Shown piece by piece: positions 42,214 through 52,207 of a DNA stretch of 64,000 bases (positions are counted from its first letter, which is position 1; each line of letters opens with the position of its first letter). The stretch comes from an uncultured Actinomycetes bacterium (lineage in GTDB: Bacteria; Actinomycetota; Thermoleophilia; RBG-16-64-13), in NCBI GenBank assembly GCA_963814415.1, contig CAWFCN010000001.1:34533-98532 (forward strand), in the 5' to 3' direction. The notes beneath the pieces are model-generated. The model saw nothing but the letters and a program-made list of their open reading frames with translations. It ran no database searches and was not told where the DNA came from. Both the position numbers and the translations under genes were made by a program.

Positions 42214-43467
42214 GTGAAGATAGGTGAACTAGCGATCAAGGCCAAGGTCGCATCGCGCGCGCTGGCCGCGGCCGATTCGGCCACCAAGGACCGTGCGTTG
42301 GTGGGCATGGCGGAAGCCATCGACCGGCGGAGCGAAGAGATCTTGGCCGAGAACGCCAATGACATAGCCGAGGGACGCAGCAAGGGTCTTTCCGGAGCCC
42401 TGCTCGACAGGCTGATGTTGGACGAGGGTCGTCTGAGAGGCATACAGGCCAGTCTCTATGATGTCGCTGCCCTACCGGATCCCGTAGGGAAAGTGATCGA
42501 GGGCGGCAGGACCCCCGAAGGTCTGCAGATACAGAAGATCCGCGTGCCGTTCGGCGTGGTGCTGGTGGTGTACGAGGCGAGGCCCAACGTGACCGTCGAT
42601 GCCGCCGCCCTGTGCCTGAAGACCGGCAACGCCGTGATACTCCGCGGAGGTAGCGACGCGGTGCACTCCAACCACGTGCTGGCCTCGGTGATCACCGGTG
42701 CCGCGGTGGATGCGGGCCTGCCCGCCGACTGCATCCAGTTCGTCATGGACCAGAATCACGACGCGCTGGTGGAACTGCTGCAGCTCAAGGAGTCCATCGA
42801 CTTGGTCATCCCGCGCGGGGGAGAGAGCCTCAAGGAGTTCTTGGTCAAGCACTCCAGGATCCCGGTCATCTATGCGGCCGGGGGCAACTGCCACGTGTAC
42901 GTGGACAAAGCCGCCGACCTGAGGCAGGCGCTGGCCATAACCGTCAACGCGAAGTGCCAGCGACCCGGCGTGTGCAACGCCGCGGAGACTCTGCTGGTGC
43001 ATCGGGCCGTGGCGGCCAGGTTCTTGCCCGCGGTGGTCAAGGCCCTGCAGGCGCGCGATGTCAAGCTGTACGTCGACGAGTCGTCTCTGGAGTTGCTCGA
43101 GGGCAAGGTGGCCAACCTGACCCTGGCGACGGAGCGGCACTATGCCACTGAGTTTCTGGGTCTGGAGATGGCCATAAAGGTCGTGGAGACTCTCGAGGAG
43201 GCCATCGCGCACATCGCTCAGTACGGCACGGGCCATTCGGAGGCCATCATCACGCGCGACCTCAAGGCCAGTCAGCTGTTCGTCCAGGGAGTGGATGCCG
43301 CGGCGGTGTACATCAACGCCTCGACGCGGTTCACCGACGGAGGGGTCTACGGGATGGGCGCGGAGATCGGCATCTCTACCCAGAAGCTGCACGCCAGAGG
43401 TCCGGTGGCACTCCAGGAACTCACCAGCACCAAGTATGTCGTGACCGGCGATGGTCACATCCGGTGA
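42214..43467 (+). CDS. proA: Glutamate-5-semialdehyde dehydrogenase
   Basis: YEARPNVT, VCNAAETLL, NASTRFTDG, IGISTQKLHARGP. Confidence 0.97.
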   Translation: MKIGELAIKAKVASRALAAADSATKDRALVGMAEAIDRRSEEILAENANDIAEGRSKGLSGALLDRLMLDEGRLRGIQASLYDVAALPDPVGKVIEGGRTPEGLQIQKIRVPFGVVLVVYEARPNVTVDAAALCLKTGNAVILRGGSDAVHSNHVLASVITGAAVDAGLPADCIQFVMDQNHDALVELLQLKESIDLVIPRGGESLKEFLVKHSRIPVIYAAGGNCHVYVDKAADLRQALAITVNAKCQRPGVCNAAETLLVHRAVAARFLPAVVKALQARDVKLYVDESSLELLEGKVANLTLATERHYATEFLGLEMAIKVVETLEEAIAHIAQYGTGHSEAIITRDLKASQLFVQGVDAAAVYINASTRFTDGGVYGMGAEIGISTQKLHARGPVALQELTSTKYVVTGDGHIR

Positions 43468-44134
43468 CAGGCTGAAGAGCGAGGGCCTTCTCCAGCCACT
43501 ACCAGGTCGGAGAGGCCTCCGGCTGGGCATCATGGGGGGTGCGTTCGACCCCATCCACATGGCTCACCTGGTCACCGCCGAAGAGGCGCGGGTGCAGTTC
43601 GACCTCGACCAAGTGGTCTTCATGCCCGCGGGCGACCCTCCACACAAGGGCAGGCGCCTGGCCCCGGCGGAGTTCAGATACCTGTTGGTGTGCGTAGCCA
43701 CCGCGTCTCATCCGCGTTTCACGGTATCCCGCTTCGAGATCGACCGGCCGGGAGTGAGCTACACGGTGGATACGCTGGAGCATCTGAACGAGGTGACGCC
43801 CCCCGGCACCGAGCTGTTCTTCATCACGGGAGCGGATGCCGTGCTGGATATCCTGACGTGGAAGGATCCGGCCAGGGTACTGGAGCTGGCAACGTTCATC
43901 GCGGCAACCAGGCCCGGATATGACCTGGCGAAGCTCTCGGGGTTGCTCGCGAGGATGCGGTCCGACACAGTGGGCCTTGTCCCCGAGGCGAGGGTGAAGA
44001 CCATGGAGATCCCCGCGCTGGCTATCTCGTCCAGCATGATCAGAGAACGACTGGCCGCGGGCAGACAGGTGCGTTACCTGGTCCCTGAGACTGTCGCGCA
44101 GATCCTGGAGAAGAACGGCGGATACGCACAATGA
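43451..44134 (+). CDS. nadD: Nicotinate-nucleotide adenylyltransferase
   Basis: GGAFDPIHMAH, PPHK, SYTVDT, FITGAD, ISSSMIR. Confidence 0.95.
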   Translation: MVTSGDRLKSEGLLQPLPGRRGLRLGIMGGAFDPIHMAHLVTAEEARVQFDLDQVVFMPAGDPPHKGRRLAPAEFRYLLVCVATASHPRFTVSRFEIDRPGVSYTVDTLEHLNEVTPPGTELFFITGADAVLDILTWKDPARVLELATFIAATRPGYDLAKLSGLLARMRSDTVGLVPEARVKTMEIPALAISSSMIRERLAAGRQVRYLVPETVAQILEKNGGYAQ

Positions 44135-45409
44135 CCGACGAGCGCGAGACACCGCTGGGCCCTGTCGGACAGCCGCCGGGGGCACCGCAGGACGACGAGC
44201 CCACGCTTGAAACGCTGACGTCGGCGGCGGATGACGATCCGACTCTTGAGACGGCCGAGCAAGATGCGGCCGGAGACCACACCCAGGAGACCATGGTTCC
44301 AGGGACCATGCCCGACAACACCATGGAGATCGTCACACCCAAGGTCACCGGCTGGGCTTCGCGACTCGAGCAACTTGCGGCGGCCAAGCACGAGCGTCGC
44401 AGGCGAAATGTCACCAGGTTCTGGTTGGCCGCGGCCCCGGTGATCGTCCTTCTGGTGATAGCGGTGGTGCTGCTGGCGGTGTACGGAGGCCAGGGGGGCG
44501 GGGTAGCAGTGGTCAGCACCTCGACCACATATGCTCACCGGCAGGTGGAAGGCAGCGGGATGCTACTGGTGACCCAGGGAGACGAGTTGTCCTGGGCAGT
44601 CATGCTGGCGCCGTGGGATTCAGGAGGAGTGGTGCTGACGGTTCCCGGCATCACGCTCTTTGAGAGCGGCGGGGCCTTCAAGACCCTTACGGAGACATAC
44701 GGGGGAGGCGACGCGGACTCGGTGGAGGCCGCTCTCTCTTTGGCCTTGGACGTGTCTGTGGGGCCCGTGGTAGCGGTGGACTGGTCGGACCTGAAGGCGG
44801 CTGCTCAAGGCGCCGGCATCCGAGGGCTCTCCGACGAGAGCTTGGGCGCGGGGCAGGGCGAGAACGATCCCTTGGCCGCGGCGGTGCGGACCTTGGTGGG
44901 CGAGTACGACGCGGCCGCGAGCAGCAACCCCTGGACGGAGATGGGATTGGAGGGCGAGACGGCGGAGTTCCTGCGTACCCTGGCCCTGGACAACGCGTCC
45001 ATGGCGGAAGAGGTGTGGACCATCGCCTCGCTCGCAGGCACCCTGGTCGTGGGCGACGGCTTCAGCTACTTCGATCCTGACGTGGACCAGGCGAAGTCGC
45101 TACTGGTCATCGCGGCAGAGGTGGAGACCATATCGGTAGAGATCAAGGACGGCGCCGGTCTGGAGAGCGCGCCTCGCAGGGCGGGAAGGCTCGTGGAGTC
45201 GGGCGGGTTCGCCCTGGCACCGATGAGTTACGCCGAGGACTACCCTGCCGTAGAGAAGACACAGGTATTCGCGCCCTCCGAGCTGCTTGGAGGAGGCCCG
45301 GCAGATACAGGCGCTCCTGGGTGTCGGAGAGGTGGTCGAGGACGAGACACTGGCCGCCGACCGGGTCGTGGTAGTGCTGGGCAAGGACTTCAGCGGGGAA
45401 TCTGATTGA
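44131..45409 (+). CDS. Degenerate LCP-like membrane protein with LytR C-terminal domain (frameshift ~45290)
   Basis: One TM, VEIKDGAG; the corrected frame ends VVVVLGKDF (LytR_C-type end) with a TTGA overlap onto larE. Confidence 0.7.
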
Positions 45410-46263
45410 ACGAGAAGGTGGCCTCCCTACGGGCTCTACTGCGTGACTTGGCCCCCGTGTTGGTGGCTTTCTCCGGAGGGGTCGATTCAACGACCCTGCT
45501 CTACGCGGCACAGCAGGAGCTGGGCGCAGACGGAGTAGTCGCGGCCACCGCTCACGGCGACGTGCACACCGAGGAAGAGCTGGCGGCGGCGCGCGCCGCC
45601 GCCGCTCGCATGGGAGTGCGGCACGTCGTCGTCGAGACTCACGAACTCGAGGTCATGGGGTTCTCTGACAACCCGCCCGAGCGCTGCTACCTCTGCAAGC
45701 ACGCCCTCTACGAGAAGCTCGTGGAGTTGGCTTGGACGTACGGCCTGAAGACGGTCGTCGACGGAGCAAACGGCGAGGACGGGGATGACTACCGTCCGGG
45801 TCTGAGGGCCGCCAAGGTGCTGGGAGTGCGGAGCCCTCTGGCTGAAGTGGGACTGGGCAAGCAGGAGATCAGAGACCTTGCCAAGGAGTGGGGCATGCCC
45901 GAATGGGACCGGCCGCCGTCGCCATGTCTGGCCTCGCGCTTTCCCTACGGCACGGCTATCACCCGGGAGGGCCTCGCCATGGTGGGAGGCGCCGAGCGCT
46001 ATCTTCACGGCCTGGGGTTCGAGACTGTTCGGGTGCGGCATCACGGAAACCTGGCCCGCATCGAGATAGATCCGGACGACATGTCGAGGCTCATCGGACC
46101 TAGTGATGCTCCCGGAGAGGCGGAGGCGTCCGTGCGCCGTGGTATCGTAGGGCACCTGCGTGGGTTGGGGTACAAGTTCATCACCCTCGATCTGCAGGGC
46201 TTCAGAAGTGGCAGCCTGAACGAGGTGTTGGAGCCCGCGGCTGCCGAAGAGGAGGAAGGGTGA
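45406..46263 (+). CDS. larE: LarE-family ATP-dependent sulfur transferase
   Basis: [11 protein letters not shown]-loop, [36 protein letters not shown]. Confidence 0.92.
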   Translation: MNEKVASLRALLRDLAPVLVAFSGGVDSTTLLYAAQQELGADGVVAATAHGDVHTEEELAAARAAAARMGVRHVVVETHELEVMGFSDNPPERCYLCKHALYEKLVELAWTYGLKTVVDGANGEDGDDYRPGLRAAKVLGVRSPLAEVGLGKQEIRDLAKEWGMPEWDRPPSPCLASRFPYGTAITREGLAMVGGAERYLHGLGFETVRVRHHGNLARIEIDPDDMSRLIGPSDAPGEAEASVRRGIVGHLRGLGYKFITLDLQGFRSGSLNEVLEPAAAEEEEG

Positions 46264-47165
46264 CGGGAGCGATAGACGACAAGACCGGCGTCAGCGCCGG
46301 AGCGCAAGCCGTCCCCGCCGGTCCTCAGGCTCCGTCAGTGCTTAGCTCGGGCATAGGCGCCCTGGCCGGAGCGTCGCAACGATTGAGTGAGTTAGGGGGC
46401 ATTCTCCTGGCCAGACTGGAGCGCGACGTCAAGGTCATCAAGGAGCGCGACCCTGCCGCCCGCAGCACCCTGGAGATACTTACCTGCTATCCGGGACTGC
46501 ACGCTGTGTGGTTGCACCGCGCGGCGCATGCTATGTGGAAGCGCGATGTGCCCCTGCTCCCGCGATTGGTGTCGCAGTTCGGGCGGTTCCTCACCGGGGT
46601 GGACATCCATCCCGGGGCTACCCTGGGCGAGGGTCTGTTCATAGACCACGCCTCGGGGGTGGTCATCGGTGAGACCGCTGAGGTCGGCGAGAACGTGACC
46701 ATCTATCAGGGAGTGACCCTGGGCGGCACTGGCAAAGAGACCGGCAAGCGCCATCCCACGGTCGGCGACAACGTGGTGATAGGAGCGGGCGCGCATCTGC
46801 TTGGCTCGATCAAGATCGGGGACAACGTCAAGATAGGCTCGGGCAGCGTGGTGGTGCAGGACGCGCCGCACGACACAACGGTGGTCGGCAACCCCGGGCG
46901 CCCGGTGATAAGCGACGGGGCCAAGGTGGGCATTCCCGACATCGACTACACCCATCTGCCGGACCCGGTGGCCGAGGCCATGAAGTGCCTGGTCCGTCGG
47001 GTGGTAGAACTGGAGAACGAGATCGAAGCTATGCGCAAGCTCGCTGCCGACCCGACGTCCGCCCAAGCTTGGGCCGCCGACACCCGTCCGCGCCCTGACC
47101 GCTCACAACCGGCCGCCGACGTGGCGTGCGACCCACCGAGGCTTGATGGCACGCCGGAATTCTGA
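46260..47165 (+). CDS. cysE: Serine O-acetyltransferase
   Basis: [34 protein letters not shown]. Confidence 0.95.
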   Translation: MTGAIDDKTGVSAGAQAVPAGPQAPSVLSSGIGALAGASQRLSELGGILLARLERDVKVIKERDPAARSTLEILTCYPGLHAVWLHRAAHAMWKRDVPLLPRLVSQFGRFLTGVDIHPGATLGEGLFIDHASGVVIGETAEVGENVTIYQGVTLGGTGKETGKRHPTVGDNVVIGAGAHLLGSIKIGDNVKIGSGSVVVQDAPHDTTVVGNPGRPVISDGAKVGIPDIDYTHLPDPVAEAMKCLVRRVVELENEIEAMRKLAADPTSAQAWAADTRPRPDRSQPAADVACDPPRLDGTPEF

Positions 47166-49656
47166 TCCCGCAGGCCGCGCCGGGGCGCCGGGTGCTGCGC
47201 CCCCTTCGGGTGGCGCCGGTTCCGGACTAGCCCAAGACCTAAACGACCGGCAGAGCGAAGCCGTATTTCACACCGGCGGCCCGCTGCTGGTGCTGGCGGG
47301 CGCCGGTTCAGGCAAGACCCGGGTGCTCACCTACCGCCTGGCCCATCTCATCCAGAGCGGACAGGTAAGGCCGCACCAGACCCTGGCCATCACCTTCACC
47401 AACAAAGCGGCGGGGGAGATGAAGGAGCGGGTGGCGCGCCTGCTGGGTCCCGCGGCCGGCTGGATGTGGGTGAGCACCTTCCACTCCTCGTGCGCGCGCA
47501 TCTTGCGCCAGGACGCGCCGCTGCTGGGCTACCGGCCCAACTTCACCATCTACGACGAGGACGACTCGCAGAGGCTCATCAAGCACTGTCTGGAGGACCT
47601 GCGCCTCGACCTGAAGCGGTTCCCCCCGCGGGCGCTTTCCAGCCTCATCTCCGATGCCAAGAGCAAGCTGGTGGACGTGGACGAGTTCGCCACTCACGCG
47701 GGCAATTCCCAAGGTTCGTGGAGCGGCGCTGTGGGTGCGAAGCTCGCCGGCGACGGTTCTGGTGACTACGACGGTCTCGGAGGTGGATACGCCGACGACT
47801 TTGGCGCATCCGGCCTCATCGATGTAGCCAGTCAGGTGTACCGCCGCTACCAGGCCCGGATGCTGGAGCAGAACGCCCTTGATTTCGACGATCTGCTCAT
47901 GCGCACGGTGGACATCCTCCGCCTGTTCCCTGAGAGGCTCCGCTACTACCGAGACCTGTTCCGCCACGTCCTGGTGGACGAGTACCAGGACACCAACAAG
48001 GCGCAATACCTGCTGGTGAAGCTGCTCACCGAGGAGCACCGGCAGGTGACCGTGGTCGGCGACGACGACCAATCGGTCTACTCTTGGCGAGGGGCGGACA
48101 TCCGGAATATCCTCTCCTTCGAGGACGACTTCCCCGACACCAAGGTGGTGAAGCTCGAACAGAACTATCGCTCCACCACCACCATCTTGGACGCCGCAAA
48201 CGCTCTGGTGGCTCACAACCGCGGACGCAAGCCCAAGAACCTGTGGAGTGACCGCGGCACCGGCGAGCCGGTGACCGTCTTCGAGTGCCGTGACGAGCAC
48301 GAGGAGGCGCGGCTGGTCTGCGATGAGGTGGTCAAGCTGCTGCACGACCGCCCGGCTTCGGACCTCGCCCTCTTCTACCGGGTGAACGCGCAATCGCGCG
48401 TCATCGAAGACATGCTGGTGCGCCAAGGCGTGCCGTACCGCGTGGTGGGGGGCACCAAGTTCTACCAGCGGGCGGAGATCAAAGACCTGCTGGCCTATCT
48501 GCGTGTGACCATCAACGCCACCGACGACCTGTCGCTCTTGCGCATCATCAACACCCCGCGTCGGGGCCTGGGCGATGTGGCCATTGGGCGGCTTCAGGCC
48601 TGCGCTTCTGAGAACGACTTCGGCCTGCGCGGGGCGCTTCTGCAGGCGCCGCTCATAGCGGGCTTCACCGGCGCCGCGGGCCAGGCCTGCGTCCGCCTGG
48701 GCGAGAGCTTCTGCGCGTGGGCCGCGGCCGCTGGGGTGGACGAGACCGGCGCCGCGCCTGCGGGCGGCGCCTCAACCGTCGATGGGGCCGGACCCGCTGG
48801 TGACGAGGCGCCCGCGGGCGGCGAGACGGGCGGCAGGGCCAAGGTGGCCGACGTGGTGAAGCGGGTGCTGGAGGAGAGCGGCATGGTCGCCGCGCTCAAG
48901 GCGGAGCGCACTCTGGAGTCAGAGGGGCGCGTAGAGAACCTGGAGGAGTTCGTGGGCGTGGCCGAGGAGTTCGACCGCATGAACCCCGACGGTACCCTAA
49001 CCGACTTCCTGCAGGAGATAAGCCTCTATGCGGACGTCGACAGCCTGGAGGAGGGGGAGCCCTACCTCACGCTTATGACCCTTCACAACGCCAAGGGGCT
49101 CGAGTTCCCGGTGGTGTTCGTCACCGGCATGGAGGAGGGGCTCTTTCCGCACTCTCGCTCGCTGGACGAGCAGCGCCTGGAGGAGGAGCGGCGTCTCTGC
49201 TATGTGGGCATCACCCGGGCGCGCGACCGGATATATCTGTCGCATGCACTCTCTCGCACGCTTCACGGCAGCTCAGGCTACCGCTTGCCCAGCCGTTTCT
49301 TGGCCGAGTTGCCGGCGCAGCTGCTGCAACACCGGGATACATCTGTGTACCCGCACAGGGTGCGCGCGGAAGGAGGCCTTCCTGCGTACGGCACCAGCAC
49401 GGGCTATGGCACGCGAAGGAGCGGGGCTGCGGGGCGCGTGTCCGGTGGACCTTTCACACCCCCTGGGACGCGTCCCAAGCATGACACTGTCGAGCAGGTG
49501 GCCGGACTGTCCACAGGCGACAAGGTCGTGCACGCCAAGTTCGGCGAAGGCATGGTGCTGGGCATGGAGCCGGGCGGCATAGTGAGGATCTTCTTCTCAG
49601 ACCTGGGGGAGCAGAAGCGGCTGCTACTGGACTACGCGCCTCTCAAGCGCGTGTAG
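47146..49656 (+). CDS. pcrA: PcrA/UvrD DNA helicase with C-terminal Tudor domain
   Basis: [72 protein letters not shown]. Confidence 0.96.
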   Translation: MARRNSDPAGRAGAPGAAPPSGGAGSGLAQDLNDRQSEAVFHTGGPLLVLAGAGSGKTRVLTYRLAHLIQSGQVRPHQTLAITFTNKAAGEMKERVARLLGPAAGWMWVSTFHSSCARILRQDAPLLGYRPNFTIYDEDDSQRLIKHCLEDLRLDLKRFPPRALSSLISDAKSKLVDVDEFATHAGNSQGSWSGAVGAKLAGDGSGDYDGLGGGYADDFGASGLIDVASQVYRRYQARMLEQNALDFDDLLMRTVDILRLFPERLRYYRDLFRHVLVDEYQDTNKAQYLLVKLLTEEHRQVTVVGDDDQSVYSWRGADIRNILSFEDDFPDTKVVKLEQNYRSTTTILDAANALVAHNRGRKPKNLWSDRGTGEPVTVFECRDEHEEARLVCDEVVKLLHDRPASDLALFYRVNAQSRVIEDMLVRQGVPYRVVGGTKFYQRAEIKDLLAYLRVTINATDDLSLLRIINTPRRGLGDVAIGRLQACASENDFGLRGALLQAPLIAGFTGAAGQACVRLGESFCAWAAAAGVDETGAAPAGGASTVDGAGPAGDEAPAGGETGGRAKVADVVKRVLEESGMVAALKAERTLESEGRVENLEEFVGVAEEFDRMNPDGTLTDFLQEISLYADVDSLEEGEPYLTLMTLHNAKGLEFPVVFVTGMEEGLFPHSRSLDEQRLEEERRLCYVGITRARDRIYLSHALSRTLHGSSGYRLPSRFLAELPAQLLQHRDTSVYPHRVRAEGGLPAYGTSTGYGTRRSGAAGRVSGGPFTPPGTRPKHDTVEQVAGLSTGDKVVHAKFGEGMVLGMEPGGIVRIFFSDLGEQKRLLLDYAPLKRV

Positions 49657-50064
49657 CGGCTCGCCGTTCTGTGCCAAGTCCGCGAGCGTGACGCCCGCGA
49701 AGAGGTCCTCCAGCAGCGCCGCCGCCCTCTCCCACACCGGACGGGTGGGGCAAGTGGCGGCTCGGGTGCAGTGAGCGTTGTTGCGGCAGGGTGCGGGCAG
49801 TATGTCGCCCTCCACAGCGGCGAGCACATCGGCAACGGTCATCGATTCCGGCGGACGCGCGATGGTGAAGCCACCCACTCTGCCTCGATGGCTGTTCACC
49901 AGGCCGGCCATCCGCAGGGCCATGAGTAGCTGCTGGGCGTACGCGGGCGATATCGATTCGATCTCGGCTATCTGAAACTTGGTGAGTGGATCGCGAGGGT
50001 AGTCGGTCGCGAGCAAAGCCATGATGCGCGTGCCGTATCGGCCTCTGGTGGAGATAGTCATCAT
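49624..50064 (-). CDS. Rrf2-family regulator with three Cys (IscR/CymR-like)
   Basis: ISTRGRYG, GLVNSHRGRVGGF, AVEG, CRNNAHCTRAATC. Confidence 0.92.
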   Translation of the reverse strand: MMTISTRGRYGTRIMALLATDYPRDPLTKFQIAEIESISPAYAQQLLMALRMAGLVNSHRGRVGGFTIARPPESMTVADVLAAVEGDILPAPCRNNAHCTRAATCPTRPVWERAAALLEDLFAGVTLADLAQNGEPLHALERRVVQ

Positions 50065-50083
50065 TTGAAGTCCGCCCGAGCTA

Positions 50084-50108
50084 AAAGATGATTAAAACAG
50101 TCAGCTTA
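50084..50108. promoter_or_regulatory. IscR type-1-like operator (imperfect palindrome)
   Basis: Minus-strand TAAGCTGACTGTTTTAATCATCTTT matches ATASYYGACTRwwwYAGTCRRSTAT at 20/25 by manual alignment; 20 bp upstream of the Rrf2 gene. Confidence 0.65.
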
Positions 50109-50197
50109 TGGAGATATTAGCACCAGCGACAACTCAGGCCCCACAAGACCATGTTCCTGGGGCTGACGACATTGACAAAGATGAGGAGGTCTGTCGC

Positions 50198-50695
50198 ATG
50201 AAGACTTGGAGCAAGTTGATCGTGGTGGCAGTGTTGATCGTGGGCCTGGTGGTGTTGGCCGCTGGGGCCGCCTTCGTAGGCCTGGGTATCCAGAAGCACC
50301 AGTTCATCAAGAATGCCATGGAGGTAGAGAAGATCACTTTGGGCATCAACGACTCGCAGTTGGCCAAGGGCGAAGTCGTGGACACCATGGGCGAGACCCA
50401 GATAGCAGGCGACATCGTCAGGGGACACCGGCACGAGATAGCGCCGACCTATGGCGACCTTCTGGGTGGTGAGCGCTACGACCCCACCAATTCTCAGCAG
50501 CTCTTGTATGCGCAGGCCATGAACATCGAGAACTACCTCTATCTGGCCACTAACTCCTATGGGGTGACCTACCTCACCATGGGGCTGGGGGCCGCGTTCA
50601 TAGCGATAGGCTTGGCGCTGATGGGCCTGGGGCTGGTGCTCTTCAACTGGAACAAGCGCGTGCTTGCAGCCTTGGCGGTACCCGCGGGCAAATAG
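50198..50695 (+). CDS. Hypothetical membrane protein (N- and C-terminal TM segments)
   Basis: ATG after GAGGAGG; two hydrophobic segments flanking a soluble loop. Confidence 0.8.
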   Translation: MKTWSKLIVVAVLIVGLVVLAAGAAFVGLGIQKHQFIKNAMEVEKITLGINDSQLAKGEVVDTMGETQIAGDIVRGHRHEIAPTYGDLLGGERYDPTNSQQLLYAQAMNIENYLYLATNSYGVTYLTMGLGAAFIAIGLALMGLGLVLFNWNKRVLAALAVPAGK

Positions 50696-50757
50696 GCAGA
50701 AGCGGGCGCGACCCGACCCCGACCCCGCCCTTACCGGACCGCAAGCTCCCTCTTCGT

Positions 50758-50795
50758 GCCCCGTCTCCTGTCCCCCCGGGAGGCGGGGCTTCCTT
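50758..50795 (+). terminator. Putative intrinsic terminator
   Basis: GCCCCGTCTCC / GGAGGCGGGGC 11-bp stem followed by TTCCTT. Confidence 0.45.
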
Positions 50796-50867
50796 GTGCG
50801 CGATGCAGAGTGAGGCCCCGTCTCTCAGGTTCGGGATGGCATCGTGCGGGTATAGTTGTTCTACATT

Positions 50868-51512
50868 ATGGATAAGCGGGCGACGGATATCATTCGGCCC
50901 ATGCTGCATCAGATGGGCGAACTGCACCAGGTTCTGGGCGTTTACGGCTGCGGGATACGTGAGGTGCAGACCAAACTGGAGATACTGGCAGAGGAGTTCA
51001 GGGTCAGCCAGGACAGAAGCCCCATCGACTCGATCGAGACCCGGGTCAAAAAGGCGAGTAGCATAGCCTTCAAGCTCTCGGCCAGGGGGTTGGAGGTATC
51101 TCTGGACTCGGCCGTGAAGAACTTGGACGACCTCGCGGGCGTCAGGGTCGTCTGCCCGTTCGTTGAGGACATATACTTCGTGGCCGGCAGCCTATTGGCT
51201 CAGGATGACGTCACCCTCATCGAGCGTGAGGACTACATCGCCCGGCCGAAGCCAAGCGGTTACCGTAGCCTGCACCTGGTGGTGGAGGTGCCGGTGTTCT
51301 TCTCCGACCACAAACAGCCGGTACGCGTCGAGGTGCAGATACGCACCATCGCCATGGATTTCTGGGCGTGCCTGGAAGAGGAGATCCGCTACAAGCGAGA
51401 CCTGTCGGACAGCGAAGCCATCGGTCGCGAACTCAAGGAGTGCGCGGATATCATCGCGCAGACCGACGTCCGCATGCAGGAGATACACCGGCGTATCAAG
51501 TCGCAGGGTTAG
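50868..51512 (+). CDS. Small alarmone synthetase (RelP/RelQ-type (p)ppGpp synthetase)
   Basis: TRVK, DLAGVRVVC, DYIARPKPSGYRSLH, EVQIRTIAMDFWA; no hydrolase domain. Confidence 0.92.
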   Translation: MDKRATDIIRPMLHQMGELHQVLGVYGCGIREVQTKLEILAEEFRVSQDRSPIDSIETRVKKASSIAFKLSARGLEVSLDSAVKNLDDLAGVRVVCPFVEDIYFVAGSLLAQDDVTLIEREDYIARPKPSGYRSLHLVVEVPVFFSDHKQPVRVEVQIRTIAMDFWACLEEEIRYKRDLSDSEAIGRELKECADIIAQTDVRMQEIHRRIKSQG

Positions 51513-51623
51513 GCTCTGGCGCGGCACCCGGAAGAGGACGTTCACTGTGCTGTCGGTTCCGTCCATCCGCCCCAGGTTGTACAGTGGGTAGCTGATCGCA
51601 GATTCGCAGTACGGGAGGGGTAG

Positions 51624-51893
51624 ATGAGCGCTGCGCAAGCCAAAGCCGCCAAGTCCAACGGCGCCACGCTCGGCTGCGAGGCCCAGCACTGGCAGATGGC
51701 CGACGCCCTGCGCGGCAGTATGGACGCCGGCGAGTATAAGCACGTCGCGCTGGGGCTCATCTTTCTCAAGTACATCTCCGACGCGTTCGAGGAGCAGCGC
51801 GCCAAGCTTCCCGCGCAGGCCGGCGAGGGGGCCGACCCGGAGGATCCAGTGCTGGAGCAGGCCGAGGTGCTTAGCGAGGACTGGGCGGCGTAG
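51624..51893 (+). pseudogene. hsdM: Type I R-M remnant: hsdM N-terminus fused in frame to an hsdR-like C-terminus
   Basis: [35 protein letters not shown]...GADPEDP (HsdM_N), then [14 protein letters not shown] (HsdR-type C-terminus). Confidence 0.8.
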
Positions 51894-51894
51894 A

Positions 51895-52046
51895 CGGTTT
51901 GAACCACCCCGGCTTTCCCGAAGGGCCTACCTGTTTGAGTCCGGGCTCGGCACCCTCAGATACCTGACCAGACCTCCCGCCGGACGTGCTGCACATCTGG
52001 TGGCGCGTCCAGCGCAATGAACGTTGCGCACGAGGCAGTGTGCAGT
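51895..52046 (-). ncRNA. Candidate structured ncRNA of unknown family
   Basis: TACAAT at 52056-52051 upstream; several helices, G-U pairs and a C(UUCG)G loop that form on the minus strand. Confidence 0.4.
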
Positions 52047-52147
52047 CACTATTGTATCGTGGGGTCATGGCTCCGCCTGTAACCCCCATTCTTGCTCACT
52101 TCCCGTCAGGCCGCGAAGGACTCCCTGTGGCCTTCTAGAACATTGTT

Positions 52148-52200
52148 GTGGCAGAAAGTGTCACGGAAGAGTTGCAAAGTGGTGGAAAGTGGTGTAGGGT
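52148..52200 (+). promoter_or_regulatory. mraZ/dcw promoter with MraZ-binding repeats
   Basis: GTGG-like boxes at ~10-nt period (52148, 52158, 52169, 52179, 52189); TTGCAA-17-TAGGGT (52172-52200). Confidence 0.8.
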
Positions 52201-52207
52201 ACGACCC

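Noticed and set aside
50708-50730. CGACCC(C) microrepeat
   Set aside because: Only two to three short copies in GC-rich intergenic DNA; no spacer structure
51551-51585. Second PafBC promoter (TGTCGG upstream of the hsdM remnant)
   Set aside because: Spacing to TACAGT is 23 nt, not 10
51897-51978. tRNA-Sec-like (6-bp stem/4-nt loop, UCA in a 7-nt loop), twister-like or c-di-AMP-riboswitch-like reading of the ncRNA candidate
   Set aside because: No acceptor stem or complete T arm, and the anticodon stem is mismatched; the twister T2 GC and UAA elements and the ydaO 5' half are missing
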